Notes: generated from the letters alone by a model not told the origin. A stretch of 64,000 nucleotides of DNA from a bacterium (GCA_021813325.1 JAKALA010000003.1:61114-125113); one strand, 5' to 3'. Shown: positions 9,328-16,294, counted from the stretch's first letter. Numbers and translations are program-made.

Positions 9328-10374
9328 TCAATTCAAAACCTTTTGAATTTCATTTTGATACTCCAGCAAACGCTTTATAGCCAACTGAGAAATACCATAA
9401 ACAATCACGCAATCTATTCCCTCGTGGAGTTTCAAAATTGCCGATAAGCGCATATTGAAATAAAAAATTGATAACTGGTCGTCTGGCAATTCCGTTAAAA
9501 TCTTTTGTTGGTTATATTTTTCAGCGAAATCATAAATCTGTTTTTCTGAAAGTCCCAACCCGTCGTGATTTCTAGTAAAATACATTGCGGCGTTATTGCG
9601 ATTTTGTCTATCTATCACTGATGCGTATTGCGCTGACATATTGCCCAACCGCTTGGTGATTGATCCAAAGACTTCCGCTTCAATTCTCTGATAGCTTTCT
9701 TTTCCAAAAGCACATTTTTTAATCATTACGGCAGCAATGGCTACGTTGGCGTAATAGGCGACAACTTCATTCAACAGCAACTCGTATTTATTGCTTTGCA
9801 ACTTTAAGCTGGCAGCGTTTTCCGCCATCGCAGCAAGCTCACCAGAAGAAGCAACGGCGAATTGTAGAATTGAATTTGCCAATTCAAAAAACGGAATTCC
9901 ATCATTGCTATTTTGCGCTAAATCTCTCTCAATTTTTTCACGAGTTGCGTTTTGAAGTTGTTTCAACCGCTTAACATCGGGGTCGTTGCCATCGGGATCG
10001 AATAATGGCAATTCCTGTTTGTAATCCGGCCTTAAACCTTCGGCTAAATATTTTTCCACCTCATATTGAAGATGCTGCTCTAAATGGCCGGGCATCATCT
10101 CATAAACCTTCAAAAATTTTAACACGATACAATTGTCAAATAATGCTGGAATGTGTTCACCTCGCTGCGCAGCGGCTTGGTGAAAAGCCGTTGTGACGAG
10201 CGTGTATATTTCCATGATTTTTTGATCCGTTGTCTTTGCTGTCGGAGCACAACCATATTGCGCGGCAAATCTGCGATAGCCTTTGACGATGAGTTTGCCG
10301 CTGACTTCTCGAATCTCATCCAACATTGTGCGCGGCTTTGGCTGTGTCCCAAATAAACTTTTTAGAAAGCTCAT
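9328..10374 (-). CDS. Hypothetical 348-aa protein, no domain recognised (predicted all-alpha by eye)
   Basis: A long clean ORF with non-biased composition in the AT-rich islet. The ATG lies 54 nt inside the right terminal repeat. I could not identify any catalytic motif. Confidence 0.75.
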   Translation of the reverse strand: MSFLKSLFGTQPKPRTMLDEIREVSGKLIVKGYRRFAAQYGCAPTAKTTDQKIMEIYTLVTTAFHQAAAQRGEHIPALFDNCIVLKFLKVYEMMPGHLEQHLQYEVEKYLAEGLRPDYKQELPLFDPDGNDPDVKRLKQLQNATREKIERDLAQNSNDGIPFFELANSILQFAVASSGELAAMAENAASLKLQSNKYELLLNEVVAYYANVAIAAVMIKKCAFGKESYQRIEAEVFGSITKRLGNMSAQYASVIDRQNRNNAAMYFTRNHDGLGLSEKQIYDFAEKYNQQKILTELPDDQLSIFYFNMRLSAILKLHEGIDCVIVYGISQLAIKRLLEYQNEIQKVLN

Positions 10375-10454
10375 AGGCTTTATTTAATTTTTTCCCTTTG
10401 GTTAATCTCGTTTCATCTGTGGTTCAAATTTTCTTTCGCTGTTCGCGTGTGTGC

Positions 10455-10680
10455 GCAATTCCAATCCCAACGGGATTGCATCGTTCAGCCCAGGGTTGGC
10501 CGCGCAGCGGACTACCCTGGGTCAACCATTCAAAATATTTTCAACCCCAACGGGGTTGCGTCGCCGCTCTCCACCAACGGCCACAACCCTTTCCGGGTTG
10601 TTTTTTACTGGGCCGCGAACCCAGGGTAGCTCGTTCCTCGCAACCCTAGGCTGAAGGACGGAATCCCGTTGGGGTTCCAC
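10455..10680. repeat. Cluster of REP-like palindromic units
   Basis: Palindromes AATCCCaacGGGATT (10463-10477), CCCAGGGT...ACCCTGGG (10489-10521), AACCCCaacGGGGTT (10543-10557), ACAACCCtttccGGGTTGT (10583-10601) and an imperfect one, GAATCCCgttGGGGTTC (10660-10676). The overlapping ORFs on both strands are translation artefacts. Confidence 0.8.
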
Positions 10681-10693
10681 AAAATGCACTGCG

Positions 10694-10781
10694 TTTGACG
10701 GCATTTGACATCAGTTTTGCATGACTTTGATAGAGTTTGGAAGATTTTGCAATAAAAATGTTGACCTGTTCCTAAAATTTG
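10694..10781 (+). promoter_or_regulatory. Helically phased TTTG(A/C) repeats upstream of pduL (candidate operator array or curved promoter DNA)
   Basis: TTTG starts at 10694, 10704, 10716, 10726, 10736, 10746 and 10778 (spacings of 10, 12, 10, 10, 10 and 32 nt). TTGACA/TTGACC and TTTGCA hexamers recur. Confidence 0.4.
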
Positions 10782-10799
10782 TCAAAGTGGTGCAAACTT

Positions 10800-11477
10800 A
10801 TGGCTGTTGCAGCACCTGCACCTCATCGTGCCGTCGTCGAACATCTGGTTCGGCAGGCGGTTTATGCGCGTCTCGGCAAGCCGTTGCCGCGCGTTGCCAG
10901 CGGACAAAGTCCGCTCGTCGTCAACGTCAGCGCGCGTCACTGCCATCTCACGCCGGAAGCGGTGGAAACCCTTTTTGGTAAGGGCGCGAAGCTCAATGTC
11001 CACAAGTGGCTTTACATGGACGGCCAGTTCGCCGCGAAAGAAACCGTCACGCTCATCGGACCGCGCAGCCGCGTGATTTCCAATCTCCGCATTCTCGGCC
11101 CGTGCCGCAATCTCAACCAAGTCGAGCTGGCTTACACCGACGCCGTCGCTCTCGGTTTTGAGATTCCGTTGCGCAGTTCCGGCGACATCAAGGACACGCC
11201 GGGTGCGATGTTGATGGGGCCGGCGGGATTTTTTGAATTGCCGGTCGGCGTCATCCGCGCCAAGCGTCACGTGCATATGCACCCGAACGACGCGGAATTT
11301 TACGGCGTGAAAGCCGGCGACCACATGAAGCTGAAGATCGGCGGGCCTTGCGCCATCACGCTGGATGAATTGCTGGTGCGCGTCGATCCGAGTTTCAAAT
11401 TAGAAGTGCATATTGATACGGACGAAGGTAATGCGTGTAATTTGCAGCCTGATACGCCGGTAGAACTGATTAAATAA
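10800..11477 (+). CDS. pduL: PduL-type phosphotransacylase (BMC-associated)
   Basis: Two PduL repeats with His motifs (VNVSARHCHLT and AKRHVHMHPNDA). There is an N-terminal amphipathic helix, RAVVEHLVRQAVYARL. The ORF track starts at TTG 10779, but ATG 10800 is preferred. Confidence 0.9.
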   Translation: MAVAAPAPHRAVVEHLVRQAVYARLGKPLPRVASGQSPLVVNVSARHCHLTPEAVETLFGKGAKLNVHKWLYMDGQFAAKETVTLIGPRSRVISNLRILGPCRNLNQVELAYTDAVALGFEIPLRSSGDIKDTPGAMLMGPAGFFELPVGVIRAKRHVHMHPNDAEFYGVKAGDHMKLKIGGPCAITLDELLVRVDPSFKLEVHIDTDEGNACNLQPDTPVELIK

Positions 11478-11625
11478 GACGAACCACGAATGGACACGAA
11501 TCAACACGAATTATTTTTGACCGCGAAATACACAAAATATGCGAACGTGAGTTTGCTTTCGCGTGGTTCGTGTATTTCGCGGTTAAAGGATTTGTGTTCA
11601 TTAGTATTTATTCGTGGTTAAAAAT
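11478..11625. repeat. Family-A inverted-repeat element (148 bp) with an internal 14-bp perfect stem
   Basis: Left GACGAACCACGAATGGACACGAATCAACACGAAT. The right end on the minus strand reads TTTAACCACGAATAAATACTAATGAACACAA. Internal stem: ACCGCGAAATACAC (11520-11533) pairs with GTGTATTTCGCGGT (11570-11583). Confidence 0.8.
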
Positions 11626-11660
11626 TTTCTTCAATACTTAACAAACAACCAAAACTAAAT

Positions 11661-11945
11661 ATGAGCGAAGCAATAGGAATGATTGAAACCAAAGGCTACG
11701 TTGGCAGCGTGGAAGCCAGCGACGCCATGGTCAAAGCAGCCAACGTCATGTTGGTTAAAACCGTCCCCATCGGCGGCGGATTGATCACCGTCATCGCCCA
11801 GGGCGACATCGGCAGCATCAAGGCCGCCGTGGACGCCGGAGCCAAAGCCGCCGCGAAAGTCGGTGAACTCGTCAGTTCTCACGTCATCGCCCGGCCGCAC
11901 GAGGAGCTGCTCGAAGCCTTCATTGGCGCCGGCGTAAAAAAATAA
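11661..11945 (+). CDS. BMC-H shell protein (PduA/EutM-like hexamer)
   Basis: MSEAIGMIETKGYVGSVEASDAMVKAANV... is the canonical Pfam00936-type sequence. Confidence 0.95.
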   Translation: MSEAIGMIETKGYVGSVEASDAMVKAANVMLVKTVPIGGGLITVIAQGDIGSIKAAVDAGAKAAAKVGELVSSHVIARPHEELLEAFIGAGVKK

Positions 11946-11978
11946 TCCAACATCAACCAAATTTAACCTCTCACAAAT

Positions 11979-12257
11979 ATGTCAAAGCAAGCCGTTGGAA
12001 TGATCGAATGTAAAGGCTTCTGCGCCGCCGTGGAAGCCGCTGACGCCGCCCTGAAATCGGCAAACGTCCATATTTCCGGTTGGGAAAAAGTCGGCAGCGG
12101 TTACGTCACGGTGTTTTTCAAGGGCGACGTCGCTGCCGTAAAAGCGGCTACCGATTCCGGCGCCGCCGCCGCCGCCCAGGTGGGTGCCGTGGTCTCGGTG
12201 CAGGTAATTCCGCGTCCACATGAAGATTTGAGCGGGCTTGGAAAGTGGCTCGAATGA
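11979..12257 (+). CDS. BMC-H shell protein (second paralog)
   Basis: [26 protein letters not shown]... is a BMC-domain sequence. Confidence 0.95.
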   Translation: MSKQAVGMIECKGFCAAVEAADAALKSANVHISGWEKVGSGYVTVFFKGDVAAVKAATDSGAAAAAQVGAVVSVQVIPRPHEDLSGLGKWLE

Positions 12258-12259
12258 TT

Positions 12260-12328
12260 TTCAATTTCCAATCGCCACATGCCAATTGAACAAACAGTTC
12301 GCGCGGCTTTGGAAAATTGGAAATTGAA
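12260..12328 (+). promoter_or_regulatory. Intercistronic stem-loop (13-bp perfect stem) between BMC-H2 and ackA
   Basis: TTCAATTTCCAAT (12260-12272) pairs with ATTGGAAATTGAA (12316-12328). It starts 3 nt after the BMC-H2 stop codon. Confidence 0.5.
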
Positions 12329-12343
12329 TCTTGAAAATTGGCA

Positions 12344-13657
12344 ATGAAGATCCTTGTCGCCAACATCGGCAGCACGTCGCTCAAGTGGCGTTTGTATGAA
12401 TTCGCCGCCAGCGTAGCTGCGACGCCCCGTCGCAGTGAGGTGGGCGCGACGCCCTCGTCGCGTGTTTCCGGCGTCGAGGCGACGCCTGCCCCCTGTTGCG
12501 ACGAGGCGTCGCAGCCACGCCTTTTGCACAAAGGCGGTTTTGAGCGCGTCACCGATTATCCCAAGGCGATTGAAGATTGCCTCACCGAGTTAAAAAAGGC
12601 CAACGTCATCGCCAGCGAAAGCGAATTGAGCGCCGTCGGCTTCAAAACCGTCATCGCCAAAAACGTCACTGGTTGCGTGCATATCGATGAGCGTGTGCTG
12701 CAGGCCATGACGGATTTCAACGGTCTGGCGCCCGCACATAATCCTCCCTATATCACCGGCATCAAACTCTTCGCTCAAAGGATGCCGGGGGTGCCGCTCA
12801 TCGCCCTATTTGAAACGGCGTTTCATCAATTCGCTCCGGAAGCATCGCAACGCTATGCGGTGCCGCAGGCATGGTTGGATATTGGCATCCGCCGGTGGGG
12901 ATTCCACGGCGCGAGCCACAAGTTCATCGCCGAACGTTCGGCAGAATTGCTCTGCCGACCGGATGTGGCCGAACATGCGCGACAACTTTACGTCAGCAAT
13001 GACAAAAGCTTCCAGCCAGCGGATTTGGGATGCGGGGGCAGGCCAACCGCAGCCCTGCGTGTGATTTCCTGCCATCTCGGCGGCAGTTCAAGTGTAACGG
13101 GCATATTGAATGGCGCGTCCATAGGCACCAGCATGGGCCTGAGTCCGCAATCTGGTTTGCCGCAAAATAATCGCGTGGGCGATCTCGACGCCGAGGCTCT
13201 GCCCTACGCGGTGAAGATGCTCGGCATTAGCGTGGAAGAAGCCCAACGCCAGCTTACCAAGGAAGGTGGATTGAAAGGTTTGAGCGGCTTGTCCAACGAC
13301 ATTCGTGATATCGGCGAGGCCGCCGCCAAAGGTGACGTCAAAGCAAAACTGGCTCTGGATGCTTTCGTGGCCAGCACGCGGCACTGGATCGGCAGTTTCT
13401 TTCTGCAATTGAATGGCGTGGACGCCATTGTCTTCACGGCTGGAATTGGTGAAAACCGCGCCGATTTGCGCGCCGCCATCTGCGCCAATCTGGAAAACCT
13501 CGGCATCAAGTTGGATGCGGAGAAAAACGCCGCCACCAAGGCGAATGAAGCTGTGATCAGCGCGGCGGATTCGCTGGTAAAGATTTTTGTCATTCCCACC
13601 AACGAGGAACTCGTCGTGGCGCGGGAAACCAAACGGTTTTTGGAAGCGAATAAGTAG
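12344..13657 (+). CDS. ackA: Acetate/propionate-family kinase
   Basis: MKILVANIGSTSLKW, APAHNPPY, FETAFHQ, WGFHGASH, CHLGGSSS, FTAGIGEN and IPTNEELV are canonical AckA motifs. The ORF track starts at TTG 12338, but ATG 12344 is preferred. Confidence 0.92.
   Translation: MKILVANIGSTSLKWRLYEFAASVAATPRRSEVGATPSSRVSGVEATPAPCCDEASQPRLLHKGGFERVTDYPKAIEDCLTELKKANVIASESELSAVGFKTVIAKNVTGCVHIDERVLQAMTDFNGLAPAHNPPYITGIKLFAQRMPGVPLIALFETAFHQFAPEASQRYAVPQAWLDIGIRRWGFHGASHKFIAERSAELLCRPDVAEHARQLYVSNDKSFQPADLGCGGRPTAALRVISCHLGGSSSVTGILNGASIGTSMGLSPQSGLPQNNRVGDLDAEALPYAVKMLGISVEEAQRQLTKEGGLKGLSGLSNDIRDIGEAAAKGDVKAKLALDAFVASTRHWIGSFFLQLNGVDAIVFTAGIGENRADLRAAICANLENLGIKLDAEKNAATKANEAVISAADSLVKIFVIPTNEELVVARETKRFLEANK
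12415..12517 (+). repeat. Three GC-rich palindromes plus a fourth GCGACGCC unit, embedded in frame inside ackA
   Basis: CTGCGACGccCCGTCGCAG (12417-12435), GCGACGccctCGTCGC (12446-12461), GAGGCGACGCC (12476-12486) and TGCGACGaggCGTCGCA (12496-12512). Translated, they give ...ATPRRSEVGATPSSRVSGVEATPAPCCDEASQ. Confidence 0.8.
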
Positions 13658-13816
13658 CCACAGATGAACACAGGTAAACATAGATTAAAAATTGGTGGAA
13701 CGAGGCACCTCACCCCGACCCTCTCCCCATTTTGCCCTGCAAAACGCGGAGAGGGAGAAACACTCCCAGCGGCTTTGCAAAATCCGTGTCCATCTGTGTT
13801 TATCCGTGGTTGAAAC
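13655..13816. repeat. Family-A inverted-repeat element (162 bp) starting on the ackA stop codon
   Basis: Left TAGCCACAGATGAACACAGGTAAACATAGAT. The right end on the minus strand reads TTCAACCACGGATAAACACAGATGGACACGGAT. Inner stem: CCCTCTCC (13719-13726) pairs with GGAGAGGG (13748-13755). Confidence 0.8.
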
Positions 13817-13853
13817 AATTTTTTAACAACAATTAACCAACAACTATAAAATT

Positions 13854-14135
13854 ATGCCTCAAGCCATTGGAATGATTGAAACGCGCGGACTCGTCGCCCT
13901 CGTCGAGGGGACGGACGCCATGCTCAAGGCCGCCAACGTCGAACTCGTCGGCCCGATGACCCAGGTCGGCAACGCGCTCGTGACGGCGTGCGTTGTAGGC
14001 GATGTCGCCGCCGTCAAGGCCGCGACCGATGCCGGCGCCCAGGCCATCAAAGCCATCAAAGGCGAACTGGTCAGCGTCCACGTCATCGCCCGTCCGCACA
14101 ATGATGTGGAAGCGGTGTTGCCGAAGAAGAAGTAA
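13854..14135 (+). CDS. BMC-H shell protein (third paralog)
   Basis: [29 protein letters not shown]... is a BMC-domain sequence. Confidence 0.95.
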   Translation: MPQAIGMIETRGLVALVEGTDAMLKAANVELVGPMTQVGNALVTACVVGDVAAVKAATDAGAQAIKAIKGELVSVHVIARPHNDVEAVLPKKK

Positions 14136-14140
14136 GCGTA

Positions 14141-14209
14141 GCGGCGTCTCGGCAGAGCGCCGCCATCCGCTTCAAAAAAATTTATTGCGGCGCTCTGCCG
14201 AGACGCCGC
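14141..14209 (+). promoter_or_regulatory. 23-bp perfect-stem palindrome between BMC-H3 and the first BMC-P gene
   Basis: GCGGCGTCTCGGCAGAGCGCCGC (14141-14163) is the exact reverse complement of GCGGCGCTCTGCCGAGACGCCGC (14187-14209). The loop is 23 nt and A/T-rich. Confidence 0.7.
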
Positions 14210-14224
14210 CACCAAAACAAAGCC

Positions 14225-14536
14225 ATGTTTTTAGCCAAAGTTGAAGGCACACTGGTTGCCACCAAAAAAGACCCGTCCATGAGCGGGCGCAAGCTCTTGC
14301 TGGTGCGTCCGCAGCTCGTGGACGAAAAGGATCCGACGAAGTTTCGCCCGGGGACGAACACCATCGTGGCCGTGGATAGCGTCGGCTGCGGCGAAGGCGA
14401 GATGGTTCTCTTCTGCCAGGGCAGCAGCGCGCGGCTGGCCGGCGGCATGAAGGAAGCCCCGGTGGATGCGGTCATCATCGGCATTGTGGACAGCGTGGAC
14501 GTGTTTGGAAAACAAATCTTCAGCGCGAAAAGTTGA
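14225..14536 (+). CDS. BMC-P vertex protein (EutN/CcmL family)
   Basis: MFLAKVEGTLVATKKDPSMSGRKLLLV...AVDSVGCGEGEMV is a Pfam03319-type sequence. Confidence 0.9.
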   Translation: MFLAKVEGTLVATKKDPSMSGRKLLLVRPQLVDEKDPTKFRPGTNTIVAVDSVGCGEGEMVLFCQGSSARLAGGMKEAPVDAVIIGIVDSVDVFGKQIFSAKS

Positions 14537-14778
14537 ACCCCGAATCAACACGAATGGACGCAAATCCTGAAAACAAATTGCTGTTGAAGGAAGAAGTCTA
14601 TCAGATCGTGGGTTCGGCAATTGATCGAGTCACCGACGCAGAACGTGGCCAGATTTTGAATTATTTGCGAATCACGAAACTTCGGGTAGGCGTGATTCTA
14701 AATTTTAAAAAACCCGAAATTGGAATGGGAACGTATTGTTCTCTGATTAGTGTGAATTTGTGTTCATTAGTGGTTTAA
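14534..14778 (+). pseudogene. Decayed GxxExxY (PD-(D/E)XK-type) gene inside a family-A inverted-repeat element
   Basis: KLLLKEEVYQIVGSAIDRV is joined directly to TDAERGQILNYLRITKLRVGVILNFK, so the central ~85 aa including the GxxExxY core are missing. After the A6 run at ~14705-14712, the canonical C-terminus NPKLEWERIVL* is read in the +2 frame (stop 14744-14746). Terminal repeats lie at 14534-14566 and 14745-14778. Confidence 0.7.
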
Positions 14779-14782
14779 AATT

Positions 14783-16291
14783 ATGAGCGCCGTAAATGAA
14801 ACCATAATCCGTGACGTGGTGGCCGAGGTCCTTGGCAAACTTGGCGCCACGTCCACTGTCACTTCAGCGGCGGCTCCCGCATCGGCTCCGGCATCAAAAA
14901 ATGATTCGTGCGGTTGCGGCACCAAAAAGGCGTCTAGCACAAACACTGCATTGCGCGGCAAGTTTGGCGTGTTTGCCACGGCGGACGAAGCCTGCGAAGC
15001 GGCGCAGGAAGCGTTTTTGCAATTGAAGGCAAAAGGCGTTGAAGCCCGGCGCAAAATTGAAAGCATCGTCAAGAGTTTGGCCGAAAAGAATGCCGAGCAA
15101 TGGGGCAAGATTGAATTTGAAGAAACCAAGATCGGCCGGCTTGACCACAAGATCGCCAAGCTCGGCCTGATCAAGTTGGTGCCCGGCGTGGATTGGCTGC
15201 GCCCGGACGCACGCAGCGGCGACCACGGCATCACGTTGGAAGAATACACCCCTTTCGGTGTGGTTGGCGCGATTACGCCCAGCACGCATTCTATTCCCAC
15301 GCTCAGCGGCAACATCGTGAACATCTGCGCGGCGGGCAATGCCGTTGTCTTTAACGCGCATCCCAGCGCTGCCAAATGCGCCGCCGTCGCAGTGCGGGCC
15401 TACAACGAAGCCATTTATCGCGAGATAGGCATTGAAAACATCGCGTGCATCATTGAGAAGCCCACGCTGGATTCTTTCAACGCGCTGTGCAAAAACGAAT
15501 TCACCCGCCTGCTGCTCGTCACCGGCGGACCGATGGTAGTAAAAGCCGCGATGCAAACCGGCAAACGCGCCATTTGCGCCGGCCCCGGCAATCCGCCAGT
15601 GCTCGTTGACGACACCTGCTGCCTCACTCGCGCGGCCCAAAGCATCATCTCCGGCGCTGCGTTCGACAACAACCTGCTTTGCATTGGCGAAAAACAAGTG
15701 TTCGTGCTCGACCACATTGCCGACAAGCTGATGCAGAAGATGTCGGAAAACGGCGCGGTGAAGCTCAACTCTGCCCAGTTGGACAAGTTGACCAAGGCGG
15801 CCTTCACCATCACGCCCGGCCAAGGTGGCGGCTGCGCCCGCGCCCACACCAACAAGGATTTCATCGGCAAAGACGCTTCGGTGCTGGCGCAGGCGGCAGG
15901 GATCAACATTCCTTCCGGCACGCAATTGCTCTTCGGCGAAACCGACGCCATGCATCCGTTTGTGCAGGAAGAGCAGATGATGCCGATGCTGCCCATCGTG
16001 CGCGTAAAGAGTGTCGAGGAAGGCATCGCGCTGTCGCTGCAATCGGAACACAACTACAAGCACACCGCGATCATCCATTCGCATGATGTGGAAAACATCA
16101 CCGCGATGGCCCGCGCGCTGGACACCACGTTGTTCGTGAAGAATGGACCGTCCCCCGCCGGCCTCGGTCTCGGCGGCGAAGGTTACCTGAGCTTCTCGAT
16201 CGCCACGCCCACCGGCGAAGGCATCACCAATCCCCGCACATTCACGCGCGTCCGCCGCTGCGTGATGGTGGATAATCTGAGAATTTATTGA
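14783..16291 (+). CDS. CoA-acylating aldehyde dehydrogenase (PduP/EutE-like) with an N-terminal encapsulation-peptide-like helix
   Basis: Aldehyde dehydrogenase fold with a catalytic Cys context (NNLLCIGEKQ). N-terminal amphipathic helix ETIIRDVVAEVLGKL is followed by an Ala/Ser/Pro linker. Confidence 0.9.
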   Translation: MSAVNETIIRDVVAEVLGKLGATSTVTSAAAPASAPASKNDSCGCGTKKASSTNTALRGKFGVFATADEACEAAQEAFLQLKAKGVEARRKIESIVKSLAEKNAEQWGKIEFEETKIGRLDHKIAKLGLIKLVPGVDWLRPDARSGDHGITLEEYTPFGVVGAITPSTHSIPTLSGNIVNICAAGNAVVFNAHPSAAKCAAVAVRAYNEAIYREIGIENIACIIEKPTLDSFNALCKNEFTRLLLVTGGPMVVKAAMQTGKRAICAGPGNPPVLVDDTCCLTRAAQSIISGAAFDNNLLCIGEKQVFVLDHIADKLMQKMSENGAVKLNSAQLDKLTKAAFTITPGQGGGCARAHTNKDFIGKDASVLAQAAGINIPSGTQLLFGETDAMHPFVQEEQMMPMLPIVRVKSVEEGIALSLQSEHNYKHTAIIHSHDVENITAMARALDTTLFVKNGPSPAGLGLGGEGYLSFSIATPTGEGITNPRTFTRVRRCVMVDNLRIY

Positions 16292-16294
16292 GCC

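Larger units (their letters stand above)
8883..10430. mobile_element. 1.55-kb low-GC cassette bounded by inverted family-A repeats, carrying two minus-strand genes
   Basis: Left end TTAACCACAGATGGGCACAGATGAAACACGGATG (+, 8883). Right end, read on the minus strand from 10430, is AATTTGAACCACAGATGAAACGAG. Two hand-counted 60-nt interior samples gave 37% and 43% GC, against 62% in a deoR sample. Confidence 0.6.

Noticed and set aside
10398-10704. Four overlapping 60-83-aa ORFs (10398-10649, 10447-10629, 10451-10654 and 10522-10704).
   Set aside because: All lie in the REP-like palindrome cluster, and the same DNA reads open in several frames on both strands. This is a classic repeat-derived artefact.
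12101-12552. Minus-strand ORFs 12101-12529 and 12148-12552 across the BMC-H2/ackA junction.
   Set aside because: They are driven by the palindromic repeat array, which reads open on both strands. They overlap the conserved ackA N-terminus and the BMC-H2 gene.
12950-13060. A possible second insertion in AckA (RPDVAEHARQLYVSNDKSFQPADLGCGGRPTAA before the CHLGG motif).
   Set aside because: The DNA has no repeat or palindrome structure. Without an alignment I cannot distinguish a lineage-specific loop from an insertion, so it is not reported as a finding.
8044-14778. Whether the recurring ~30-nt motif could be a CRISPR array.
   Set aside because: The copies occur in both orientations as inverted pairs. 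Spacing is irregular (148 bp to 1.5 kb), real genes lie between them, and no cas genes are present. It is not CRISPR.
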